From contig NZ_SIRP01000001.1 in the NCBI RefSeq assembly GCF_011634835.1, positions 4,099,092 through 4,163,091 of the forward strand: a DNA stretch of 64,000 bases, in the 5' to 3' direction. This document shows, piece after piece, positions 11,601 through 19,396 of this stretch. Below the pieces are notes generated by a model, which saw only the letters and a list, made by a program, of their open reading frames with translations, did no database searches and was not told the DNA's origin. The translations under genes and the position numbers were made by a program. The stretch's first letter is position 1. Each line of letters opens with the position of its first letter. The stretch comes from Isoptericola sp. BMS4. GTDB lineage: Bacteria; Actinomycetota; Actinomycetes; Actinomycetales; Cellulomonadaceae.

Positions 11601-11972
11601 CGCGGCTTCCTGGGCGTGCAGAACCACGGCGCGGGAGAGCGGATCTTCTACCGCGACATCCAGGTCGCGCCGATCGGGGACGTCGCTCCCACCCTGCGCG
11701 CGCAGCTCGCGCCGCCGAAGGTGAGGTCCGGGAAGGACACCAAGGTGATCACCTGGGTCACCGGCCCCGAGGAGGACGCCCCGGTCGCGACCGGCACCGT
11801 CCGCGTCACCCTCGGCGACGAGGTCGTCACGGGGCAGCTGGTCGACGGTCAGGCGAACGTCGACGTGCCGACGTCGGGCCTCGCACCCGGCGAGCACCCC
11901 GTGACCGTGGAGTACCTCGGTGACGGGCACTACGGCGAGGGGACGACGACGCAGGAGCTGACGGTGCGCTGA
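8625..11972 (+). CDS. Secreted multidomain protein: signal peptide, PA14, GSDH-like beta-propeller, CBM6/35-like, DUF1080 (3-keto-disaccharide hydrolase-like), Ig-like
   Basis: Signal peptide [24 protein letters not shown]; PA14 ([35 protein letters not shown]); propeller motifs ([23 protein letters not shown]); carbohydrate-binding-like ([23 protein letters not shown]...ITLRF); DUF1080-like ([15 protein letters not shown]...YEIQVDAS...TGAIYTF); C-terminal Ig-like. Confidence 0.75.
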   Translation: [1115 protein letters not shown]

Positions 11973-12001
11973 CGGGCACCGAGCGCGCCGTCGGACACAG
12001 G

Positions 12002-12037
12002 CAGGCCGGCTCCGCCCCCCAGGGCGGGGCCGGCCTG
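12002..12037. terminator. GC-rich hairpin between convergent genes (candidate bidirectional terminator)
   Basis: CAGGCCGGCTCCGCCCC-cca-GGGGCGGGGCCGGCCTG, about 17-bp arms, lying between the PA14 gene stop and the VOC gene stop. Confidence 0.4.
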
Positions 12038-12063
12038 AGTGTCGACCGGCCGTTCCCGCCCTG

Positions 12064-12140
12064 ATCAGCGCGGCAGTTCCGGATCCGGGCGGCAGTTCGA
12101 ACTGCCGCTCAGATACTGAGCTGCCGACGCGATCCGGGCC
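12064..12140. repeat. Intergenic repeat family B, copy 1 (contains the perfect palindrome GGCAGTTCGAACTGCC)
   Basis: About 80% identical over roughly 72 bp to 42596-42672. Both copies sit directly 3' of a plus-strand gene. Confidence 0.5.
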
Positions 12141-12168
12141 GAATCGGCCGCCCCACCCGCCGGTGGCG

Positions 12169-12573
12169 TCAGCCGGCGACGAGCTCGACCTCGAACCCGT
12201 CGCCGTCCTCCAGGTACCCCGCGTCGTGCTCGGGGCCGCCGGCGTTCGGGTAGCGGTCGGCGAAGAGCGGCCGCCAGCCGTGGGACGGCGCCGCGTCGAC
12301 GAGCGCGTCGAGCTGCGCGCGCGTGCCGGCGTGCAGCGCGACGTGGTTGAGGCCGGGACGGCGGCGGTCGTGCGTGCCGGCTCTCATCGCCGGGCTCTCC
12401 TCGACGACGACGTACGCCGTGCCGAGACGCCACGAGCGCCCGTGCTCCCAGGACTGGAACGGTGCGTAGCCGAGCTCACCGAGCAGCCAGCCCCACGACC
12501 GTTCCGCACGGGCGAGGTTCGGAACCCAGAGCTCGAGGTGGTGGACGGTGCCGCGCGGCGCCCCGCCCGTCAC
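12169..12573 (-). CDS. VOC / glyoxalase-bleomycin resistance family protein
   Basis: TVHHLELWVPNLARAERSWGWLLGELGY...LNHVALHAG...GYLEDGDGFEVELVA. Probable GTG start overlapping the upstream NUDIX stop (GTGA). Confidence 0.65.
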   Translation of the reverse strand: MTGGAPRGTVHHLELWVPNLARAERSWGWLLGELGYAPFQSWEHGRSWRLGTAYVVVEESPAMRAGTHDRRRPGLNHVALHAGTRAQLDALVDAAPSHGWRPLFADRYPNAGGPEHDAGYLEDGDGFEVELVAG

Positions 12574-13007
12574 GACGTGCCCGTACCGGCCCGTGCCGCC
12601 GTGCGGGAGAGCAGCTCGACGGACAGGGGCGCGATCGGGTGGGTGGTCACCGGGCGGGCGGGGTCCACCCAGACGTGCTCGGCGAGCTCGGCCCGGACGG
12701 TGGGCTCGAAACCGGCAGGCAGGTCGACGGCGTAGACGTGGGCGTCGACGACGTGGTCCGCCTCGTTGGCGGCGACCGCGGAGAACCGGCCCAGCGGACG
12801 GACCGCAGCGGGGTCGACGTCGAGAGCGATCTCCTCCGCGCACTCGCGCACGAGCGCGCCGACGGGGTCCTCGCCCGGCTCGATCTTGCCGCCCACCTGC
12901 ATGAAGGCGGTGGTGCCGTGCTTGCGGACGAGGAGCGCGCGCCCGTCGTCGCGGACGATCACCGCGGCGACGATGTGCAGCGTGGCGGGGGTCGTTCCGG
13001 TGGTCAT
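12570..13007 (-). CDS. NUDIX hydrolase
   Basis: Nudix box GGKIEPGEDPVGALVRECAEEIAL. Its ATG overlaps the dnaX stop (ATGA), implying co-transcription. Confidence 0.8.
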   Translation of the reverse strand: MTTGTTPATLHIVAAVIVRDDGRALLVRKHGTTAFMQVGGKIEPGEDPVGALVRECAEEIALDVDPAAVRPLGRFSAVAANEADHVVDAHVYAVDLPAGFEPTVRAELAEHVWVDPARPVTTHPIAPLSVELLSRTAARAGTGTS

Positions 13008-15586
13008 GGCTGCTCCGCCTGCTCGTCGATGATCGTGCCGCCGAGAACCTTCATCACGAGCGGGACGCCGACGAGGCCGGACGCCGTGATGTCGGGGTCG
13101 TCGTCGGAGGCCTCGTCGTAGTCCGCCGCGGGGGAGGCCGGTGCCGCCGCGGGCCTGGCCGCCGGTTCCTGCGTCCGGGCGCGGGATGCGGCGAGCGCCT
13201 GCTCGGCCGCCAGCCGGGCCGCCTGCGCCCCCGAGGGTGCCGCGGCGGGCGGACCCGGGTCGGGCGCGGGCTCCGGGGTGGGCTCCGCGACCGGGGCGGA
13301 CGACTCGTCCGGGGACCACGCCGCCGGCGACGACGCGACGGGGGACGACGGCGGGGCCGTGTCGGGCGCGGCGAGCGCGGCCGCCGCGTCCGGCCGGGCG
13401 GGTTCTGGTGCCGCCGCGGCCTCCGGCGGCACCGTGCGGACCGCGGCGGGGGGCGACCCCGCGAGCCATGCGGCATCCGCCTCGTCCGCCGCAGACCGTG
13501 CCGGGGCCACCCGCTCGGCGACCGCGACGCCCCCGCGCGGCACCTCGGCCGCGGACACCGTCGCGGCACCCTGCGCACCACCGCGCGGGTCGCGGCCCGT
13601 GACGCCGCTGCGTGGCTGTGCTTCTCCGGGCGGCGGGACGTCGGGCCACTCGGGTCGGTCGGGTTCCTCGGGAGCATCGTCACCCGGGTCGGGCCGGGCC
13701 GGAGCATCGTCAGCCTCCCGGGGGCTCGGGCCGGCGTCGAGCTCGACGATCTCGATCCGTACCGCGATGCCGAGCGCCTGGTAGACGGCGTCCGAGATGG
13801 TCTCCGGGCGCCCTTGACGCGCCAGCGCGACGACGGCCGGCGCGAACCCGAGGCGCAGCACGTCGCCCTCGAGGGTCAGCACCCGGGCGTTCTCGCCCAG
13901 GAACGTGGCGGCTCGCGGACTCGGGATCGCGGTGAGGACCTCGCGCCAGCGCCTCCGCACCACCTCGGAGGTGACGGCGCTCTCGGGAGCCGACGGCGCA
14001 GGATCGGGTGCGGTGGACGGCGCCTCGTCGACCGGCTCCGGTTCCGCCTGGTCGACCGGCTCGACCTCGACCGGCTCCGGTTCCGGCACGCGCTCCGGCT
14101 CACCGGACGGCGCTTCGTCGAACGGTTCGAGCTCGGGCGGCTCCTGATCGACCGGCGGCACCTCATCGGTCCGGTCCGCCTCGGCGGGTCCCGGTGCAGC
14201 AGGCGACGGTTCGACAGCCGGCTCCGGTGCTGCGGCCGGCTCCGGTTCTGCGGCCGGGCGCCGGCTCGCCTGCAGGGCGGCCCGGACGGCGGCGGCACCG
14301 CTCACCCCTACGGCCGCGCCCGTCGTCGCGGGTTCGGAGACGGTCCCCGCCGCCGGCTCCGGCGCCGAGGAACGGTCGTCGACGGACGCGGACGCGACGG
14401 GCGCACCACCCGCGGCGATGGCGCCGCGCTCCAGGCGGTCGATCCGCGCGGCGAGGCCCACCGTGCCGTCGTCGGCGCCCGGGAGCAGCAGGCGCGCGCA
14501 GAGCAGCTCGAGGTGCAGCCGCGGCGACGTGGCGCCGGTCATCTCCGTCAAGGCTGTGTTGACGAGGTCGGCGGCGCGCGAGAGCTCGGCCATCCCCAGC
14601 CGGGACGCCTGGGCGCGCATGCGCTCGAGCTGGTCCGGCGGCAGGCCTCGCAGCACCGCGTCGGCGGCGTCGCCGGACACCGCGATGACGATGAGGTCGC
14701 GCAGCCGTTCGAGCAGGTCCTCCACGAACCGCCGCGGCTCGTGGCCCGTGGCGACGATCTGGTCCACGACGCGGAAGATCGACGCGCCGTCGCGCGCGGC
14801 GAGCGCGTCCACGACGTCGTCGAGCAGCGTCGCGTGGGTGAAGCCCAGCAGGCCCACGGCCGTGTCGTACTCCACCGTGCCCTCGGTGGCCCCCGCGATG
14901 AGCTGGTCCAGCACCGACAGGGAGTCGCGCACGGAGCCGCCGCCCGCACGCGTGACCAGCGGCACCACGCCGCCACCCAGCCGGATGCCCTCGGCCTCGC
15001 AGAGCTGCTCCAGGTAGGGCCCGAGGACGTCCGGCGGCACGAGGCGGAACGGGTAGTGGTGGGTGCGCGAGCGGATGGTGCCGATGACCTTGTCCGGCTC
15101 GGTGGTCGCGAAGACGAACTTGATGTGCGGCGGGGGCTCCTCGACGATCTTGAGCAGCGCGTTGAACCCCTGCGGCGTCACCATGTGCGCCTCGTCGAGG
15201 ATGAAGATCTTGTACCGGTCGCGCGCCGGGGCGAACGTGGCCCGCTCCCGCAGGTCGCGCGCGTCGTCGACGCCGTTGTGGCTGGCCGCGTCGATCTCCA
15301 CGACGTCGAGCGACCCGGGGCCGCCGCGCGCCAGCTCGACGCACGAGGCGCACTCGCCGCACGGCACGGCGAGCGGGCTCTCGGGGGTGTTGCGCGCGCA
15401 GTTGAGGGTGCGCGCCAGGATGCGCGCCGACGTCGTCTTGCCGCAGCCGCGCGGGCCGGAGAACAGGTAGGCGTGATTGACGCGCCCGCTGCGCAGCGCC
15501 TGCATCAGCGGTGCGGTGACGTGCTCCTGGCCGATGACCTCGGCGAACGTCTCGGGCCGGTAGCGGCGGTACAGAGCGGTGGTCAC
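13004..15586 (-). CDS. dnaX: DNA polymerase III subunits gamma/tau
   Basis: MTTALYRRYRPETFAEVIGQEHV...AYLFSGPRGCGKTTSARILAR, a zinc module, and a long Pro/Ala/Glu-rich tau linker. Confidence 0.95.
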   Translation of the reverse strand: MTTALYRRYRPETFAEVIGQEHVTAPLMQALRSGRVNHAYLFSGPRGCGKTTSARILARTLNCARNTPESPLAVPCGECASCVELARGGPGSLDVVEIDAASHNGVDDARDLRERATFAPARDRYKIFILDEAHMVTPQGFNALLKIVEEPPPHIKFVFATTEPDKVIGTIRSRTHHYPFRLVPPDVLGPYLEQLCEAEGIRLGGGVVPLVTRAGGGSVRDSLSVLDQLIAGATEGTVEYDTAVGLLGFTHATLLDDVVDALAARDGASIFRVVDQIVATGHEPRRFVEDLLERLRDLIVIAVSGDAADAVLRGLPPDQLERMRAQASRLGMAELSRAADLVNTALTEMTGATSPRLHLELLCARLLLPGADDGTVGLAARIDRLERGAIAAGGAPVASASVDDRSSAPEPAAGTVSEPATTGAAVGVSGAAAVRAALQASRRPAAEPEPAAAPEPAVEPSPAAPGPAEADRTDEVPPVDQEPPELEPFDEAPSGEPERVPEPEPVEVEPVDQAEPEPVDEAPSTAPDPAPSAPESAVTSEVVRRRWREVLTAIPSPRAATFLGENARVLTLEGDVLRLGFAPAVVALARQGRPETISDAVYQALGIAVRIEIVELDAGPSPREADDAPARPDPGDDAPEEPDRPEWPDVPPPGEAQPRSGVTGRDPRGGAQGAATVSAAEVPRGGVAVAERVAPARSAADEADAAWLAGSPPAAVRTVPPEAAAAPEPARPDAAAALAAPDTAPPSSPVASSPAAWSPDESSAPVAEPTPEPAPDPGPPAAAPSGAQAARLAAEQALAASRARTQEPAARPAAAPASPAADYDEASDDDPDITASGLVGVPLVMKVLGGTIIDEQAEQP

Positions 15587-15646
15587 CGGAGCAACTCTAG
15601 ACGCCGGGGCCGACAGCCACGAGGCCGGTGCGCACGGGGCGCGACC

Positions 15647-16519
15647 TCACATCCGTTCCTTGATCCCCGCGCGCAGCAGGTACCAGTTGACCGGGTAGCT
15701 CGTGGCGAAGCCGACCAGCATGGCGACCTGCATCGCCGCCCAGAACACCGGCGTGCTCACGGCCGCGCGGCCGCCGAGGACGGCGGGCAGCACGGCCAGC
15801 TGCACCGCCGCCATCGTGCCGTACATGCCGACCTGCCAGGCCGTGATCGACAGCGCGTCCGCCTTGACGGCCTCCCGCAGCCCGGCGCGGACGCCCAGCC
15901 CGCGCATGGGCGCGATCGCGAAGAACTGGAACGCGACGCCGATGGCGAACGCGGCCACGTAGTCGAGCACCCACGTGCCGAAGATCCGGTCGGCGAACAG
16001 CCAGTCGTACCCGCCCAGGACCAGCAGACCCGGCAGCGCGAGCACCGTCCACTCCACGACCAGGTCGCCGAGGGTGCACCCCGCGCCGCAGTGGTTCGTC
16101 CCGAGGAACACCGACACCGCCGTGGGACGGCGCGGCCGGTCGCCGCCGTCCGCGCCGCGCGGCGACGCTCTCCCCCACCGCAGGTACGCCGCGACCCACA
16201 GCACCGAGCCGAACAGGGCCGTCACCGGCCACACCACGTTCATGACCCCCATGGGCTGGGGCCGCCGCGCCACGTCCACCGCGAGCAGGACGGCGCACAC
16301 CACGCCCAGGGCGAGGGTGGCCGTGCTCACCGCGACGAGCGTGGTCGGCAGCTCGGCCGTGCTCAGCTCCGTGGCCCGGGCGGCCACGGCGGTGGCCGCG
16401 CCCGTCGTCGTACCGATACCGATCGTCGTCACCTCCTCGATGCCGTCGACCCACCGCGGCACGACGCCGCGGTGTCGGGTCGGCCCTCCCAGGGTGGGCG
16501 CGCCCCTCGACGCCTGCAC
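15647..16519 (-). CDS. DUF4396 family membrane protein (start uncertain, probably internal to the tool ORF)
   Basis: GTNHCGAGCTLGD motif plus several transmembrane segments. It is divergent from the TetR gene; alternative starts lie near 16462 or 16252. Confidence 0.6.
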   Translation of the reverse strand: MQASRGAPTLGGPTRHRGVVPRWVDGIEEVTTIGIGTTTGAATAVAARATELSTAELPTTLVAVSTATLALGVVCAVLLAVDVARRPQPMGVMNVVWPVTALFGSVLWVAAYLRWGRASPRGADGGDRPRRPTAVSVFLGTNHCGAGCTLGDLVVEWTVLALPGLLVLGGYDWLFADRIFGTWVLDYVAAFAIGVAFQFFAIAPMRGLGVRAGLREAVKADALSITAWQVGMYGTMAAVQLAVLPAVLGGRAAVSTPVFWAAMQVAMLVGFATSYPVNWYLLRAGIKERM

Positions 16520-16539
16520 GCGCGACGGAAATGTGAGTG
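16519..16539. promoter_or_regulatory. Perfect 10-1-10 palindrome AAATGTGAGT-G-ACTCACATTT (candidate TetR operator)
   Basis: It lies in the divergent region between the DUF4396 gene and the TetR gene at 16566, an unusual AT-containing palindrome in GC-rich DNA. Confidence 0.5.
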
Positions 16540-16565
16540 ACTCACATTTGGGCTATCCTCGAACC

Positions 16566-17183
16566 ATGGCCGCCCTGACGACCCCCCGCGCGCTGCGCAC
16601 CCGGGCCCGGATCCTCGACGCCGCGCTCGACCTCTTCGAGCACCAGGGCTACGACGCGACGACGGTGACACAGGTCGCGGACGCGGCCGGCGTCACGCAG
16701 ATGACGTTCTTCCGCCACTTCCCCACCAAGGACGCCGTCCTCGTCTCCGACCCCTACGACCCGCTCATCGCCGAGGCGGTCGGGGCCCAGCCACGCGGCC
16801 TGCCGCCGTTCGAGCGGGTGCGGCGCGGGATGCTGGCCGCGCTCGCCACGATCGGCCCGGTCGAGGACGCCACCGCGCGGCGCCGCGTCGCCCTCGTCGC
16901 CCGGCTCCAGCGGGACGCCCCCGCCCTGCGCGGCGCCGTCGTGGCCGCGACCGGCGCGACGGAGGACGCGATCGCGGACCGTCTCGCCGCCGACGGCACA
17001 CCCCCGCTCGACGCGCGGGTCGCCGCGGCCGCCTGCCTCGGCGCGGCCACCGCGGCCCTGCTCGCGCTGCCCGACGACGGGCGCCCGCTCGCCGACGCCG
17101 TCACCCACGCCCTCCGGCTGCTCGGGCCGCCCGACGACGCGACGACGACGGGCACGACGGCCGCGGGACGGGAGCGGTCGTGA
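16566..17183 (+). CDS. TetR/AcrR family transcriptional regulator
   Basis: ILDAALDLFEHQGYDATTVTQVADAAGVTQMTFFRHFPTKDAV. It is followed by ABC genes with overlapping start codons. Confidence 0.85.
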   Translation: MAALTTPRALRTRARILDAALDLFEHQGYDATTVTQVADAAGVTQMTFFRHFPTKDAVLVSDPYDPLIAEAVGAQPRGLPPFERVRRGMLAALATIGPVEDATARRRVALVARLQRDAPALRGAVVAATGATEDAIADRLAADGTPPLDARVAAAACLGAATAALLALPDDGRPLADAVTHALRLLGPPDDATTTGTTAAGRERS

Positions 17184-17941
17184 GCGCGCCGGCCACGGAG
17201 CCCCGCACCGCCGTCCGGCTCACCGACCTCCACCACGCGTTCGGCCGCCGTGCCGCGCTGACCGGCCTGTCGCTGACCGCCGACCACGGCGAGGTCGTCG
17301 CCGTCGTGGGCCTCAACGGCGCCGGCAAGACGACCGCCCTGCGCGTGCTCGCGGGCCGGCTGCGCCCGGCGTCCGGGTCGGCGCGGGTACTCGGCCAGGA
17401 CCCCGCCCGCCTGGACGCCGCCGCTGCGCGCCGCTTCGGCCAGCTCGTCGGCTCCCCGCTCGTGGACCTCGCGCTGACCGTGACCGAGAACCTCCGCACC
17501 GCCGCCGCGCTGCACGGGGTACCCCGGGGCGACGTCGGGCCCGCCGCCCTCGGGACGCTGGACCGGCTCGGCCTCGCGCCGTGGGCGGCGGTCCGGGCCC
17601 GCGCGCTGTCGCTCGGCAACGCGCAACGGCTGGCGATCGCGTGCACCGTCGCGCACGGCCCGGACGTGCTCGTCCTCGACGAGCCGACGTCGGCGCTCGA
17701 CCCGCAGGGCGTCGTGCTGGTCCGCGAGCTGGTGCGGGAGCGTGCCGACGCCGGCGCGGCCGTCCTGGTCTCCAGCCACCACCTCGACGAGGTCGCCCGC
17801 GTGGCCGACCGGGTCGTCGTCGTGCACGGCGGCCGCGTGGTGGGCACGCTCGACCCCGGCGGGGCGGACCTGGAGCGCCGGTTCTTCGCCATGGTCCTCG
17901 CCGCCGACGAGTCGGCGGCCGCACCCGGGAGCGCCTCATGA
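17180..17941 (+). CDS. ABC transporter ATP-binding protein
   Basis: GLNGAGKTT, LSLGNAQRL, VLVLDEP. GTG start overlapping the TetR stop. Confidence 0.85.
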   Translation: MSAPATEPRTAVRLTDLHHAFGRRAALTGLSLTADHGEVVAVVGLNGAGKTTALRVLAGRLRPASGSARVLGQDPARLDAAAARRFGQLVGSPLVDLALTVTENLRTAAALHGVPRGDVGPAALGTLDRLGLAPWAAVRARALSLGNAQRLAIACTVAHGPDVLVLDEPTSALDPQGVVLVRELVRERADAGAAVLVSSHHLDEVARVADRVVVVHGGRVVGTLDPGGADLERRFFAMVLAADESAAAPGSAS

Positions 17942-18726
17942 CCTCGCTCGCGACGGCGCTCCGCACGGAGGCGCTCGCCTGGCGCCGCTCGACCGTGCAG
18001 CGCCTGGCCACCCCGCTGCTCATCCTCCTCGTCCCGATCGCGTCGGTGGGGATGACGGCGCTGGCCCGGTCGGGGGCGGTAGCCGGCACGGGCGCCGCGA
18101 AGCTCGCGGACTACGCCACCGGCGACCTCGCGACGACGCACCTGGTCGTCGCCGGACAGGTGCTGTCCGTCGCCGTCCTCATGGCCGGCGGGTTCGGCGT
18201 GGCGGCCGCGTTCGGCCAGCCCCTCGCCGACGGCCGCGCCGGCGCCTGGTTCGGGCTGGCGACCCCGCGCGGCACGCTGGCGCTGGCCCGGTGTCTCGTG
18301 GTGCTGGGCTGGGTGCTGGCCTGCGCGCTGGCTGCCGTGGCCCTGACCGTCGCGGCGTCCGCGGCCGCCGCGGCGTCGGTGGCGGAGCCGTTCGACCCGA
18401 CGGCGTGGGCGGCGGCCGGGCGGGCGCTGGCGGCCGGCTCGCTCGGCGCGGGCCTCGCGCTGCCGTTCGCCGTCGTGGCCACCGCCACCCGCAGCCCGCT
18501 CGCGACCGTCGGCTCCCTGATCGGCATGGTCGCCACGACGCAGCTCGTCGTCCTGCTCGGCGCCGGCTCGTGGTTCCCCTACGCGGTGCCGTCCCTGTGG
18601 ACGGGGACGGGCGGCCCGGAGGCCGCGGCCGCGATCGCACCCGGCGCCCTGTGGCTGACGGCGGCTATCGCGCCCGCGGCGTGCGCCGTCGTCGTGCACC
18701 AGTGGCGGCGCCTCACGGACGTCTGA
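17938..18726 (+). CDS. ABC-2 family transporter permease
   Basis: Hydrophobic 262-aa protein, ATGA-coupled to the ATPase. Confidence 0.7.
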   Translation: MTSLATALRTEALAWRRSTVQRLATPLLILLVPIASVGMTALARSGAVAGTGAAKLADYATGDLATTHLVVAGQVLSVAVLMAGGFGVAAAFGQPLADGRAGAWFGLATPRGTLALARCLVVLGWVLACALAAVALTVAASAAAAASVAEPFDPTAWAAAGRALAAGSLGAGLALPFAVVATATRSPLATVGSLIGMVATTQLVVLLGAGSWFPYAVPSLWTGTGGPEAAAAIAPGALWLTAAIAPAACAVVVHQWRRLTDV

Positions 18727-18733
18727 GGCGCGC

Positions 18734-19396
18734 TCAGCGGTGCAGCGCCTTGCGCGCCAGCCGGTTGCCCAGCCACTGCACCACCTGCACGATGACGACG
18801 ATCACCGCGACCGTCACCAGCACCACCATCCAGTTGTAGCGCTGGTAGCCGTACCGGATGGCGAAGTCACCGAGGCCGCCGGCGCCGATGATGCCGCCGA
18901 TCGCGGACATGTCGAGCACGGCGATGAACAGGAAGGTATACCCGAGGATCAGCGGCGCCAGAGCCTCGGGCACCAGCACGGTCGTGATGATGCGCCACGG
19001 CGAGGCGCCCATGGCGCGGGCGGCCTCGACCACGCCGGGGTCGATGCCGACGAGGTTCTGCTCCACGATGCGCGACGTGCCGAACGCCATCATCACCGAC
19101 AGCGGGAAGATGAACGCCTCGGTGCCGAGCGTCGTGCCCACCACCTGCAGCGTCACCGGCCCCATCAGGGTCACGAAGATGACGAACGGGATGGGCCGCA
19201 CGATGTTGACGATCGCGTTGAGGATGCCGAACACGACCCGGTTGGCCAGCAGGTTGCCCGGGCGCGTGCAGTACAGCAGGAGGCCGAGCGCCAGCCCGCT
19301 GAGCCCGCCGGCGACCATCGCGATCGCGACCATCTGCAGGGTCTCGCCGAGCGCGCCGACCAGCAGCGGCCACAGGGTGTCCCAGTCGCGGTTCAT
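18734..19396 (-). CDS. metI: Methionine ABC transporter permease
   Basis: MetI-type transmembrane domain. It sits immediately downstream of a MetN-like ATPase. Confidence 0.9.
   Translation of the reverse strand: MNRDWDTLWPLLVGALGETLQMVAIAMVAGGLSGLALGLLLYCTRPGNLLANRVVFGILNAIVNIVRPIPFVIFVTLMGPVTLQVVGTTLGTEAFIFPLSVMMAFGTSRIVEQNLVGIDPGVVEAARAMGASPWRIITTVLVPEALAPLILGYTFLFIAVLDMSAIGGIIGAGGLGDFAIRYGYQRYNWMVVLVTVAVIVVIVQVVQWLGNRLARKALHR

Noticed and set aside
15587-15646. SRP (4.5S, ffs) RNA expected upstream of dnaX
   Set aside because: Only 60 bp separate dnaX from the next gene, and no GGAAGCAGCC domain-IV motif is found anywhere in the window.
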